42,220 bases of DNA, from positions 1-42,220 of the forward strand of contig JBCDJM010000029.1 in assembly GCA_038747755.1 (NCBI GenBank), written 5' to 3'. Under the pieces are notes generated by a model, which worked only from the letters and a program-made list of their open reading frames with translations, was not told the DNA's origin and ran no database searches. Below, one piece after another: positions 25,178-34,688 of this stretch; within the stretch, counting starts at the first letter, position 1; every line of letters begins with the position of its first letter. The DNA is from Cyanobacteria bacterium P01_H01_bin.35. Its GTDB lineage: Bacteria > Cyanobacteriota > Cyanobacteriia > Cyanobacteriales > Microcoleaceae. Both the position numbers and the translations under genes were made by a program.

Positions 25178-26326
25178 TTACAGTCCTAATAAACGAGAAA
25201 TTATATTGCGTTGAATATCGGAAGTACCTGCATAAATTATACCACCAATAGCATCTCGCAACTCGCGTTCAACACCAAAATCAGTCAGATAGCCGTTACC
25301 TCCATGGATACGGACTGAATCTAAACCTGAAGCGACAAAACATTCACTCAAATAGAGCTTCAACAAAGCCGCTTCTAACATCGCAGGTTTTCCTCTATCT
25401 TTTAGCCAAGCTACTTTATAAAGAAGTAACCTCGCTGTTTCCAGTCGCAATTTCATATCAGCAACTCGGTTCGAGACTGATTGAAATTTTCCGATAGGTT
25501 GGCCATACTGTTCTCTAGATTTAGCATAAGCAATTGCTTTTTCCAACTGTTGTTCCATTGCTCCCAGTTCGCTGGCAAGATTAAAACAGCGATCGTATTC
25601 CAGGGAGTTATGGGAGAAACTAAAGCCAGCTCCTTCAGGGCCTAGTCTATTTTCTTCTGGAACAAAACAGTTTTCAAAGAAAATTTCGCCAAAAGGAGCA
25701 GTACGCAAACCCATTTTTTCTTTAACAGCACTGGTAGAAAAACCAGGGGATGACCGCTCTACAAGAAAAGTAGTTATACCCCACTTACCTAAACTAGGAT
25801 CGAGTGTGGCAAAAACGATCGCTAGATTACAAATTGGCGCACAGGTGACAAACTTTTTTCGACCATTGAGAATGTAACCCCCTTCGCACTTTTGAGCTGT
25901 TGTCTTCAGACTGTAAACATCTGAGCCTGACTGAGGTTCAGATAGAGCATGAACTCCAATCCACTCACCCTTACATAGAGGAGGAAGGTAACGCTGTTTT
26001 TGAGCGTCTGTACCAAACTGCAATAGTAAAATCTGCACTGTCCACATTTGAGCATTGAGTGCTAATGTCAGTCCATTATCTTCACAACCGTAACCTAATC
26101 CCTCCATTGCCAGAACAGCAGTCATAATATCTAATGGGGGAGAGCCACTGTAGGCTTCAGGCATACACATTCCCTGAATGCCGAATTCAGCACACTTTCG
26201 CCAATTATCTTCAGAAAACTTACCCTGGCGATCGCGTTCAATTATATCACCATTCAAGTTTTCTTGGGCAAACTGAATTACCCGTTGCTTAAAAGCTAAT
26301 TGTTCGTCTGACCAAGAAAAGTCCAT
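25178..26326 (-). CDS. Acyl-CoA dehydrogenase family flavoprotein (probable acyl/aminoacyl-carrier-protein dehydrogenase)
   Basis: 382 aa with the ACAD fold pattern (LSEPQSGSD, YGQPIGKFQ, C-terminal IYAGTSDIQRNIISR). The position of the MCAD-type catalytic Glu (YEG) is Ala here. Confidence 0.8.
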   Translation of the reverse strand: MDFSWSDEQLAFKQRVIQFAQENLNGDIIERDRQGKFSEDNWRKCAEFGIQGMCMPEAYSGSPPLDIMTAVLAMEGLGYGCEDNGLTLALNAQMWTVQILLLQFGTDAQKQRYLPPLCKGEWIGVHALSEPQSGSDVYSLKTTAQKCEGGYILNGRKKFVTCAPICNLAIVFATLDPSLGKWGITTFLVERSSPGFSTSAVKEKMGLRTAPFGEIFFENCFVPEENRLGPEGAGFSFSHNSLEYDRCFNLASELGAMEQQLEKAIAYAKSREQYGQPIGKFQSVSNRVADMKLRLETARLLLYKVAWLKDRGKPAMLEAALLKLYLSECFVASGLDSVRIHGGNGYLTDFGVERELRDAIGGIIYAGTSDIQRNIISRLLGL

Positions 26327-26374
26327 AGGAAATTATAGATGAAGTTAGTTAAAAGCTTTTCTTTGATTTTTGCT

Positions 26375-27466
26375 TTATCGCGAAACTGGAAACAATTGAG
26401 TTTGCTCTCTTTTACTTTCCACTGAAATAGAAAAATCGTAAGGATTTCTAAAATCAGCAGAAATACTTTCGAGTTGTACTAAAGTTCCTACATCTAGCTC
26501 TTGAGCATAGTCTAGAAATATATTCATTGCTACCCGATCTTCTAATGCCCATCCAGTCGAATCAAAAACTGTTTGCCGATCTTGAATATCTCTATACTGC
26601 TCTTGTTTTTGTATCAATTGATATAGTTCAAGTTTAATATCTTCAGGATTTAGTTGCTGGCATTCTCCTTCCTTTAAGGCTTGAGTGCGAAAGTCTGGAC
26701 AAACAAAACTTTTCTGAAGGAGAGATTGAGGAAGTTCTGTTTTTCCTGGAAAGTCTGAACCTACGGCGTTTATATGTATCCAAGGTTTGAGGGAATTATC
26801 TTGAAAAACAGGACCTTCTCCAATTTTGACGGAGGTTGCAGTACAGAGAATATCAGCTAAAGTAACAAGTTTCTCTAATGGAGTCACTTTGACTTCTATA
26901 TTTTTCAGGTTGAGACAGGAAACCCTTGTTTCAAAGGAGTTACTGGCTGCTGAATCTATATCATAGATTAGAACCTGCTCGAAATCAAAAATCCGAGAAA
27001 GGGCGTGCAACTGACTAACTGCCTGCGCTCCACAACCTATAAGCCCGATAATTTTGCTATTGGGTATAGCCATCAATTGACTGGCTACGGCTGATGCAGC
27101 ACCTGTTCTGAGAGCAGTAATAAAAGTAGCATCCATCAGTCCTATCAAATGTCCTGAAGTTGTATCATAGGCTGATACAGTAGAAACAATTGTTGGGAGT
27201 TTACGAGTATTTGGGTTTGTAGGATGATAGCCAACTACTTTAATAACTACTCCCTCTTTTTGAGCTAGTGACGGCATCCACTCAATCAACCCTGTATGAG
27301 GATTTTCATAGTTAAAGCCATCACGAGGAGGAATGATAGTTTTGTTGGGATCGAATGTTTGAAATGTTTTGATCAGACGAGCTATCATTTCATCCATCAA
27401 CATATCTAAGCCAACTTTCTGTACAATTTTACGGATATCATTGACTGATAAAATTAAGGTTTCCAC
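26375..27466 (-). CDS. Ornithine cyclodeaminase / mu-crystallin family protein
   Basis: 363 aa. Features are the N-terminal LSVNDIRKIV, TALRTGAASAVAS, and the Rossmann motif GLIGCGAQAVSQLHAL typical of the OCD_Mu_crystall family. Confidence 0.8.
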   Translation of the reverse strand: METLILSVNDIRKIVQKVGLDMLMDEMIARLIKTFQTFDPNKTIIPPRDGFNYENPHTGLIEWMPSLAQKEGVVIKVVGYHPTNPNTRKLPTIVSTVSAYDTTSGHLIGLMDATFITALRTGAASAVASQLMAIPNSKIIGLIGCGAQAVSQLHALSRIFDFEQVLIYDIDSAASNSFETRVSCLNLKNIEVKVTPLEKLVTLADILCTATSVKIGEGPVFQDNSLKPWIHINAVGSDFPGKTELPQSLLQKSFVCPDFRTQALKEGECQQLNPEDIKLELYQLIQKQEQYRDIQDRQTVFDSTGWALEDRVAMNIFLDYAQELDVGTLVQLESISADFRNPYDFSISVESKREQTQLFPVSR

Positions 27467-27554
27467 TATTTTTCTCCATATTAACTTAGACTTGATAGTT
27501 TCTTATTTATTGCTGATTGCTGAACGCTAATAGCTGAATGCTTACTGATATTTT

Positions 27555-28880
27555 TCAAATAAATGGTAAAATTTGTTCAATAAAACCCCTAGCATTAAGA
27601 TTAATTTGAAAGGCACGTTCTACAAACCAATAAACAGCAACAATAAACAGAAAAACAGATCCTATTTTTAGTAAAAACTTTGCATATAATTTTTGTTGTC
27701 GCAGTAAATAAAGAATCGGAAAAATAACAGCAATAATCGCAATTTGCCCTAGCTCTACTCCTAAATTAAATCCAAATAAAGAGAGAAATGCACGTTCTTG
27801 AACAATACCTAATTCTGCTAATACATTCGCAAAACCAAATCCATGAAATAGTCCAAATACAAAGATTATTATCCAAATTCTTTTCCCAAAAATAGGATAA
27901 ATAATATCAACGGCAGCAACTGCAATTGAAAGGGCAATTATAGATTCAACTATGTGAGAGGGTATTTCCACAATTTTCAGCGTTGCCAAAGCTAATGTAA
28001 TACTATGGGCAACGGTAAAAGCAGTGGCAATTTTTATTACATGAAAAAAAGCAGGACGGAAATTTTTAACTGGTTGCCAACGTAAATCTTCTCTTTGCAA
28101 AACAGATGGCAAAATTAAAGCAACTAAGAATAGAATATGATCGATGCCTTCCCAAATATGAAGAACCCCAAGTTTGACTACAGCAATAAATCCTTTGAAG
28201 ACAGACACAGAGGATAAATCTAAAGTTTGTGGTTTGCTATTTTCAGTAAAAATTAAGGAAACCGAAGATTCATTAGCGAATGTACCAGCTTTCCAATTAT
28301 GCTCAATCACAACTAAGTTTTTATGTTGTGGTTTAATATCTAATAGTACCCTATAGTCAACATCAAGACTTTCAGGAACTTCTGACAAGTTATAAATTTG
28401 ATAATCAAAATCCAAAAATCTAGCAAATCCTGTTCTCCAAGATCTATATCCTGTATATTTTAAAACATATTCTTGTTGATTATTGCTAATTGTGAGATTT
28501 TTATCTATATAATCCTTAATTTTTTCGAGGTGAGGTTCTATTTCTTCCGATTTAGGCTTTCGGTTAGTTGGTAAATCTAAGTTTAAAGCTGTGTTGATAT
28601 CATCAACAGTCATTTCGACACGAGCTTCAATAGATTGGTCATAAATCTTAAAATAAAGATAACTTTGTTCGGGAGCATGAGCAATGGCGTTAGATATTGA
28701 TAAAAAGCAAAATGAAATTGCAATAGCAATATAGACAACTATAGAGCGCAGTGTCTTATTTTTAGTGATATTAGTCCAAATATTATAGTTTCTGAGACTA
28801 TTATTAATTGGTATAACTGGCAAGCAGAAGTTACTATTTTTTGCCTGTTTATGTTGTGAGAATAATTGCCTAAAGAACAT
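27555..28880 (-). CDS. HupE/UreJ-family membrane protein with N-terminal extracytoplasmic domain
   Basis: The C-terminal half carries HIWEGIDHILFLVALIL, FTVAHSITLALATL, GLFHGFGFA and GFNLGVELGQ (HupE/UreJ_2-type motifs). A signal/anchor helix lies near aa 45-65. The exact start is uncertain. Confidence 0.7.
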   Translation of the reverse strand: MFFRQLFSQHKQAKNSNFCLPVIPINNSLRNYNIWTNITKNKTLRSIVVYIAIAISFCFLSISNAIAHAPEQSYLYFKIYDQSIEARVEMTVDDINTALNLDLPTNRKPKSEEIEPHLEKIKDYIDKNLTISNNQQEYVLKYTGYRSWRTGFARFLDFDYQIYNLSEVPESLDVDYRVLLDIKPQHKNLVVIEHNWKAGTFANESSVSLIFTENSKPQTLDLSSVSVFKGFIAVVKLGVLHIWEGIDHILFLVALILPSVLQREDLRWQPVKNFRPAFFHVIKIATAFTVAHSITLALATLKIVEIPSHIVESIIALSIAVAAVDIIYPIFGKRIWIIIFVFGLFHGFGFANVLAELGIVQERAFLSLFGFNLGVELGQIAIIAVIFPILYLLRQQKLYAKFLLKIGSVFLFIVAVYWFVERAFQINLNARGFIEQILPFI

Positions 28881-29188
28881 TTTTATATCAAAATATTTAC
28901 TTGGTTGAAAAAGAAGAGAAAATTTGGTAATCTTTATGATAGGAGATTCATAATCGGAAAATTCCTTGACTAAAGTTTGGCACAGCTATTGAAATAACCT
29001 ACCTACTTAATTACCCAGAAATTGATTTCGATCAAGAATAAAGATCAGAATAGTTTGAGATAAGTATAGCACAGAAAAAGATTATGTCAAACAATGATAT
29101 ACTTCTACAAATAATGATTAAAATAGTTAAATAGGGAACAAAGAAAGTTTGTAGGAGTCTATTTATAGAAGTCTATATAATATGACTA

Positions 29189-29320
29189 ATATCATCTCCG
29201 ATTGAATAATTATAAATACGGAGTCATAATTCCTGCTGGAAGGAAGAGGCAAGAAAAAGGAAAAAGTAAAGTATCAAGGAGGAGAAAGTTTTTTCAATCG
29301 CTAATTATCTGGACAAGATA
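29189..29320 (+). repeat. MITE-like repeat family A, diverged copy in the divergent promoter region
   Basis: aatatcatctccgattgaataattataaata...aggaagaggcaag...aggaggagaaagttttttcaatcgctaattatctggacaagata is colinear with 15143-15286. Confidence 0.6.
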
Positions 29321-29534
29321 AGAGTTTGGAAATCAGATGTGATAATTAAGCTATTCCTTAAAAGGATAGAATATAGCAGTTATCTTATGAAGAAGATACA
29401 TTTTTTTCTTCCTAGTTAAGTGTTCACTAAAAGTCTCCAATATCTCACAATTTAAATCATATTGCTATATAAATTTTATTATAAAACAAGCAATTAGTCT
29501 TGATGAGATTGGCTCTTAGAAATAAACATCAACC

Positions 29535-29672
29535 CTAATAGACATCTGCGATAATTAAAAATCAAATCAATTCCATAGGCAGAAATCATTAATTCTTTTC
29601 CTCTACTTTGTACGGACGTTGCATGCAACCTCCCTACTACTCCCTATTCCCTCTTTTCCAGATAGGTCTAAT
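29535..29672 (+). repeat. Dispersed repeat family C, copy 2 (83 nt upstream of the NRPS start), with a ~28-bp internal insertion
   Basis: ctaatagacatctgcgataattaaaaatcaaatcaatt...ccctactactccctattccctcttttccagataggtctaat. There is an extra tttgtacggacgttgcatgcaacctccc relative to copy 1. Confidence 0.8.
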
Positions 29673-29754
29673 TTTTATTTTCTGTTGATTAATGGGTAAT
29701 CCATAAACGATTATCCTGATAATTTAACTTATTCAGAGTGCACAGTTTTTTCTT

Positions 29755-32550
29755 ATGAAGTTAGAAAATGTTGCGGATATCTATCCCCTTTCTCATATTC
29801 AAGCAGGTATGTTATTCCATACCCTAGCTTCTCCAAGCTCAGGAGTTTACATAGATCAATATACCTGCAAGCTTCGAGGCGAACTTCAAATACAGGCTTT
29901 TAAATCAGCTTGGGAAAAAGTTATAGAACGTTATGACACCCTAAGAACTGCTTTTGTCTGGGAAGGTTTAGATGAGCCTTTACAAATTGTCCGTCAAAAA
30001 GTAGAACTATCATGGACATTCTCAGACTGGTGTAGCTTAACTTCAAAAGAGCAAGAAACTACATTAGCTGAGTTTTTAGACAAAGATCGGGCTTCGGGGT
30101 TTCAATTAGAAAAAGCCCCCTTAATGCGTATAAAAATAATTCGTCTCCAAGATGACACTTATCAACTAATCTGGACATTTCATCACCTACTCTGCGACGG
30201 TTGGTCAACTCGGATTATATTGAAAGAAGTATTTGCCTTGTATGCTTCATTCTGTCAAGGAAAAAATATTAGTCTTCCATCCCCTCGCCCCTATAAAAAC
30301 TATATTGCTTGGCTACAGCAACAGAATCTCGACAAGGCTAAAGTCTTTTGGCAAGAGATTCTCAAGGGATTTGCACAACCAACGGCACTGCCCATTGCTA
30401 ACTCACTTACATCTACTTCCAATTACTGCCAAAAGGAAATTTTATTAAATCCTGAACTCTCAGAATCTCTAAATTCTTGGGCAAAGCAACACCGACTTAC
30501 TCTAAATACCGTAATTAATGGTGCTTGGGGTTTGCTTCTGAGTAGATATAGTGGTGAGACAGATGTTATCTATGGAACTACCGTTTCTGGTCGCCCAACA
30601 ACTTTAGCTGGAGTCGAAGAAATAGTTGGGCTTTTTATCAATACTCTACCTGTAAGGGTGGAAATTTCTCCTGAAAAAGAACTTATCCCTTGGTTGCAAG
30701 AAATACAGTCTCAACTCCTGAATATTCGTACTTTTGAGTACACACCTTTAGTCAAAATTCAAGGATGGAGTGAAGTACCTCAAGGACGTTCTTTATTTGA
30801 AAGCCTAATTGTCTTGGAAAACTATCCAACACAAACTCAAATAGAAAATAGCAACTTAAAAATTGAAGATATCCATTATTTTGAACAAAGTAATTATCCC
30901 CTAGCCTTGCTGGTAGTTCCGAAAACATCGTTAGAATTAATCCTAATTTACGATGCTGCTCGCTTTGACTCTGGAACAATTACCAGGATTTTAGGTTCTC
31001 TAGAAACTATATTGCAAGGATTTATTGAAAATTCCCATAGCACTCTCGCCAGTTTACCTTTATTGGCTCAGGCAGAACAACATCAACTCCTTGTCGAGTG
31101 GAATAAATCTCAAACTGCTTATCGGCAAGATGTTTGTATCCACGATTTATTTCAGGAGCAAGTGGAAAAGAATCCCGATGCTATTGCTGTTGCTTTCGAG
31201 AGTCAATATCTGACTTACCGAGAACTCAATCAAAAGGCTAATTGTTTGGCCCGCCATTTACAGTCTCTCGGTATTGGGCCTGATGTTTGTGTGGGCATTT
31301 TGTTAGAGCGTTCTTTAGAAATGGTAGTAGGAATTCTGGGCATTCTGATGGCAGGTGGTGCTTATGTTCCTCTAGATCCAAACTATCCTCAAGAAAGATT
31401 GACTTATATTTTGCAAGATACCGAAGCTACTATACTTCTAACTCAGCAAAAGTTAGTCAATTTATTACCTAACAATTCTCTACCAACTATTTGCCTAGAT
31501 ACAGATTGGCAAAAGCTAGAAGAAAATGATACTTTAAAATCCTCACTAACCAATCTAGAGTCAAATGAGCATCTTGCTTATGTCATTTATACATCAGGTT
31601 CCACAGGTAAGCCTAAAGGAGTATTAGTTACTCATCGTAACCTTGTCCATTCCACAACAGCTCGAATAAAGTATTACAGCCAACCTGTCGATCGCTTTTT
31701 GTTACTCTCTTCTTTTGCTTTCGATAGCTCCGTTGCTGGAATTTTTTGGACTCTATGTCAGGGTGGCACTTTAGTTTTACCAAAACAAAAGTTGGAGCAA
31801 GATATACAGGAGTTAGCAAATCTAATTTCTGGCGAGCAAGTAACTCATACTTTATGCTTACCTTCTCTCTACAGTTTACTATTAACTTATGCCACCACTG
31901 TACAACTTCAATCTCTCAAAGTAGTTATTGTTGCAGGAGAAGCTAGTGGGCGCGCCCTGGCTCAACAGCACCATGAAAAACTCCCAAATACTTATCTATA
32001 TAACGAATATGGTCCAACTGAAGCTACTGTTTGGAGTAGTGTTTATCAAGTCCCAGTAAATCTAGAAAGTTCGACTATTCCTATTGGAAAACCCATTCCC
32101 AATACACAAATTTACTTGCTAAATTCTCGTCAACAGCTAGTTCCTATTGGCGCTCAAGGAGAAATCTTTATTGGAGGCGCGGGAGTAGTTCGGGGTTACT
32201 TAAATCAACCAGAAAAAACGACCGAGCAGTTTATTCCTCATCCATTTAGTCAGGTTAAAGGAGATCGCCTTTACCGAACTGGAGACCTTGCTCGTTATCT
32301 TCCTGATGGAAACATCGAATTCCTTGGGCGAGTAGATCGTCAAGTCAAAATTCGTGGCTATCGAATTGAACTAAGCGAAATTGAAGATGTTTTAAAACAG
32401 CATGAAATTGTTCAGGAGGTAGTAGTGGTAGCTCAGTCAATTCAACAATCTTCTGCCTCTGATAGTGTTGATAGTTTGATCGAAGAATTGCTGGCACTAA
32501 ATCCCGATCAAGCCAACGAATTGCTGGTATCTGTTGAGGAGGATAGCTAA
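29755..32550 (+). CDS. NRPS fragment: C domain + N-terminal part of an A domain (through A8), no A9/A10, no carrier domain
   Basis: C domain: IYPLSHIQAGMLFH, HHLLCDGWS. A domain: LAYVIYTSGSTGKPKG, NEYGPTE, YRTGDLARY, GRVDRQVKIRGYRIELSEIE, ...EVVVVAQ, then a 36-aa acidic tail and TAA. Confidence 0.9.
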   Translation: MKLENVADIYPLSHIQAGMLFHTLASPSSGVYIDQYTCKLRGELQIQAFKSAWEKVIERYDTLRTAFVWEGLDEPLQIVRQKVELSWTFSDWCSLTSKEQETTLAEFLDKDRASGFQLEKAPLMRIKIIRLQDDTYQLIWTFHHLLCDGWSTRIILKEVFALYASFCQGKNISLPSPRPYKNYIAWLQQQNLDKAKVFWQEILKGFAQPTALPIANSLTSTSNYCQKEILLNPELSESLNSWAKQHRLTLNTVINGAWGLLLSRYSGETDVIYGTTVSGRPTTLAGVEEIVGLFINTLPVRVEISPEKELIPWLQEIQSQLLNIRTFEYTPLVKIQGWSEVPQGRSLFESLIVLENYPTQTQIENSNLKIEDIHYFEQSNYPLALLVVPKTSLELILIYDAARFDSGTITRILGSLETILQGFIENSHSTLASLPLLAQAEQHQLLVEWNKSQTAYRQDVCIHDLFQEQVEKNPDAIAVAFESQYLTYRELNQKANCLARHLQSLGIGPDVCVGILLERSLEMVVGILGILMAGGAYVPLDPNYPQERLTYILQDTEATILLTQQKLVNLLPNNSLPTICLDTDWQKLEENDTLKSSLTNLESNEHLAYVIYTSGSTGKPKGVLVTHRNLVHSTTARIKYYSQPVDRFLLLSSFAFDSSVAGIFWTLCQGGTLVLPKQKLEQDIQELANLISGEQVTHTLCLPSLYSLLLTYATTVQLQSLKVVIVAGEASGRALAQQHHEKLPNTYLYNEYGPTEATVWSSVYQVPVNLESSTIPIGKPIPNTQIYLLNSRQQLVPIGAQGEIFIGGAGVVRGYLNQPEKTTEQFIPHPFSQVKGDRLYRTGDLARYLPDGNIEFLGRVDRQVKIRGYRIELSEIEDVLKQHEIVQEVVVVAQSIQQSSASDSVDSLIEELLALNPDQANELLVSVEEDS

Positions 32551-32552
32551 AA

Positions 32553-33890
32553 ATGGCTCATATTGTTTGTATTACTGGTGGACTTACGGGTATATTTAAC
32601 GCGAGTATATCATTGGTCAAACAGTTGGAAAAAGCTGGTCATCGCATCACCTACGCTAGTCCAAAAGACTGGTCTGATTTAACTAATCAATATAATATTC
32701 CCTTTGTTCAACTCGATCCTTGGATATTCGAGTGGAAAGAACAACCTCTCAGTCGGTGGCAACAATTTCGTCAACTAGGAGAAAGAAGAAACCAAGCCAT
32801 AAAAGCATTGGGTGTAGAGAATTTTGCAGAAACGATGAAGGAATTAAACCCCGACTTGCTCCTCATCGATATGGAAATGCACCCACATATTATGACGGCG
32901 GTGGTTAACGATCTACCAGTGGCACTTTTATGCCAGTTTTTGTCTATTTGGAAACGAGGCAATTTACCCCCAATTCACACTGATATTATTCCAGGTGAAG
33001 GGTGGCGTGGAAAATGGTTCGGCATCGAATGGACTTGGCTACGTTACGGTTGGACAAAATGGCGGGAATATCAGCATGAGCGATGGCAAAAGATGGGAGT
33101 CGATCGCATTTCAGTTTTGCGTTGCTATGCTAAAAAAATAGGCTACCCTTTTCGAGAAAGATTTGGATTTAAACAGTCAGTTGTACCTTATCCCCATAAG
33201 GGACTTCCTATTCTCTGTTTCAATGGTTTAGAGTTAGATTTTCACCACGATCCACCTTCCTCAATGTACTACATAGGGCCGATGGTATGGGAAAATCGTC
33301 AAGAATCAAAGATTGAACAAAACACTTATCAAACCTTAGAGCGAATCTTTGAAAAACGTCGTCTGACTGGAAATTCATTAATTTATTGTGGTTGTAGTAG
33401 CTTTAATAGGATTAATACAAAATTTTTGCGACAAATTATAGATGCAGTGTCAAGTTGTCCACAATGGGATTTAGTAGTAGGTCTTGGCAGTCAGTTAGAT
33501 TTTGATAAATTAGGCTCTCTTCCTTCTAACGTATATGTTTTGAGTTGGGCACCTCAAACACAAATACTCAAGCACGCTGACTGCGCTATCATTAACGCAG
33601 GTATTAATACCATCAATGAGTGTATTTACTTTGGCGTCCCTATGCTAGTCTATTCCCTTAAGCGTTACGATCAAAATGGAAATGCAGCACGAATAATTTA
33701 TCATCAGCTTGGCATTGTGGGGGATATGAAGCAAGATAATGTACCTCAGATTCGTAATTATATTCAAACTCTGTTAACAGATAAGTCTTACCAAATACAA
33801 GTGAATAGTATACGCGCTCGCTTTCGTCGCTATTCTGATGAGAATGTAGCTGCTAAAGTTGTTGAAGCTTTGTTAAATGTACAGAATTAG
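32553..33890 (+). CDS. GT1-family (MGT/UDP-glycosyltransferase-like) glycosyltransferase
   Basis: 445 aa. The C-terminal nucleotide-sugar motif is WAPQTQILKHADCAIINAGINTINECIYFGVPMLVYSLKRYDQNGNA (W.PQ..L.H...... N...E....G.P....P...DQ..NA pattern). The ATG lies 2 nt after the NRPS stop and has a GAGGAGGA Shine-Dalgarno. Confidence 0.8.
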   Translation: MAHIVCITGGLTGIFNASISLVKQLEKAGHRITYASPKDWSDLTNQYNIPFVQLDPWIFEWKEQPLSRWQQFRQLGERRNQAIKALGVENFAETMKELNPDLLLIDMEMHPHIMTAVVNDLPVALLCQFLSIWKRGNLPPIHTDIIPGEGWRGKWFGIEWTWLRYGWTKWREYQHERWQKMGVDRISVLRCYAKKIGYPFRERFGFKQSVVPYPHKGLPILCFNGLELDFHHDPPSSMYYIGPMVWENRQESKIEQNTYQTLERIFEKRRLTGNSLIYCGCSSFNRINTKFLRQIIDAVSSCPQWDLVVGLGSQLDFDKLGSLPSNVYVLSWAPQTQILKHADCAIINAGINTINECIYFGVPMLVYSLKRYDQNGNAARIIYHQLGIVGDMKQDNVPQIRNYIQTLLTDKSYQIQVNSIRARFRRYSDENVAAKVVEALLNVQN

Positions 33891-33917
33891 AAAAAAGTAA
33901 TTGATTAACTTTTTATT

Positions 33918-34673
33918 ATGAATAATCAAACAACAGAAAAAGAAATTATTCTAGAAGAATTCAATAAACTTACTAAGTTTGTGAAACCTCCGATGACAAG
34001 TTTGGAGAATATCAAGAGTATTTTTAAACTATGGCTAAGTTTTAATTTCACCAGATTAATGCAAAGAATAGGATTTAATCGCAAAAAAATAAAAACATTT
34101 TCCGAAAAATCGCAGATAATTCTTAATATTGGTTGTGCAGGAGATGAAAAAGAAGAGTATATTAATGCTGACGTATTTCGTGTTTTCGGTGATTGGGGAT
34201 TCGCTAGTATTAGGAGATTTCTTCTTGGCAATAGGGATAAAACTAGGTACGATTTATTTCTTAATTTAACTGAACTAGACCAAGATTTATTAGGAATTGC
34301 TGATTTTATTATTCTTTCTCATGTGTTAGAACATATTCATCCTCAATATGCTTTAGTAGCTTTGAAAAATTGTTTTGATTATCTAAAAATAGGAGGATAT
34401 ATTCGTCTTGCTGTTCCTTTTTTAGATGCTTATAATACTTCTAATTTACCCGAATGTCAAAAACTAACTTATCCAATATTAGCAAAAAATAGACTTATAT
34501 ATGGATGGGGGCATTGTTTTATGTATGATGCAGTTTTGCTAAAATTTTTATTAGAAGAAGCAGGTTTTTCTGAAGTAGAGCAAGTTAATTTCGGCTCTGG
34601 TATTTTAGGAGAAACTGATGTAGCAGAATACCGACAAGAATCTATATATCTCAAGGGAAAAAAATTAAATTAG
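33918..34673 (+). CDS. Class I SAM-dependent methyltransferase (Methyltransf_11-like)
   Basis: Motif I-like ILNIGCAGD is present, followed by FIILSHVLEHIHPQYALVALKNCFDYLKIGGYIRLAVP (post-II/III region). Length is 251 aa. Confidence 0.65.
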   Translation: MNNQTTEKEIILEEFNKLTKFVKPPMTSLENIKSIFKLWLSFNFTRLMQRIGFNRKKIKTFSEKSQIILNIGCAGDEKEEYINADVFRVFGDWGFASIRRFLLGNRDKTRYDLFLNLTELDQDLLGIADFIILSHVLEHIHPQYALVALKNCFDYLKIGGYIRLAVPFLDAYNTSNLPECQKLTYPILAKNRLIYGWGHCFMYDAVLLKFLLEEAGFSEVEQVNFGSGILGETDVAEYRQESIYLKGKKLN

Positions 34674-34688
34674 TTTATTACATTTTTT

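Noticed and set aside
23078-27466. Anatoxin-a-type (anaB/anaC/anaD) or pyoluteorin/prodigiosin-type cluster
   Set aside because: The A + carrier + ACAD logic is shared, but there are no PKS genes and no halogenase or other pathway-specific genes. The downstream assembly line is purely NRPS.
32440-32560. Programmed read-through or frameshift joining the C-A ORF to downstream sequence
   Set aside because: A clean TAA is followed 2 nt later by an ATG with a strong Shine-Dalgarno, opening a complete GT1 protein. No frame continues the A domain here. The A9/A10 motifs reappear only at 35843 onward in a separate ORF preceded by an in-frame stop (35711-35713).
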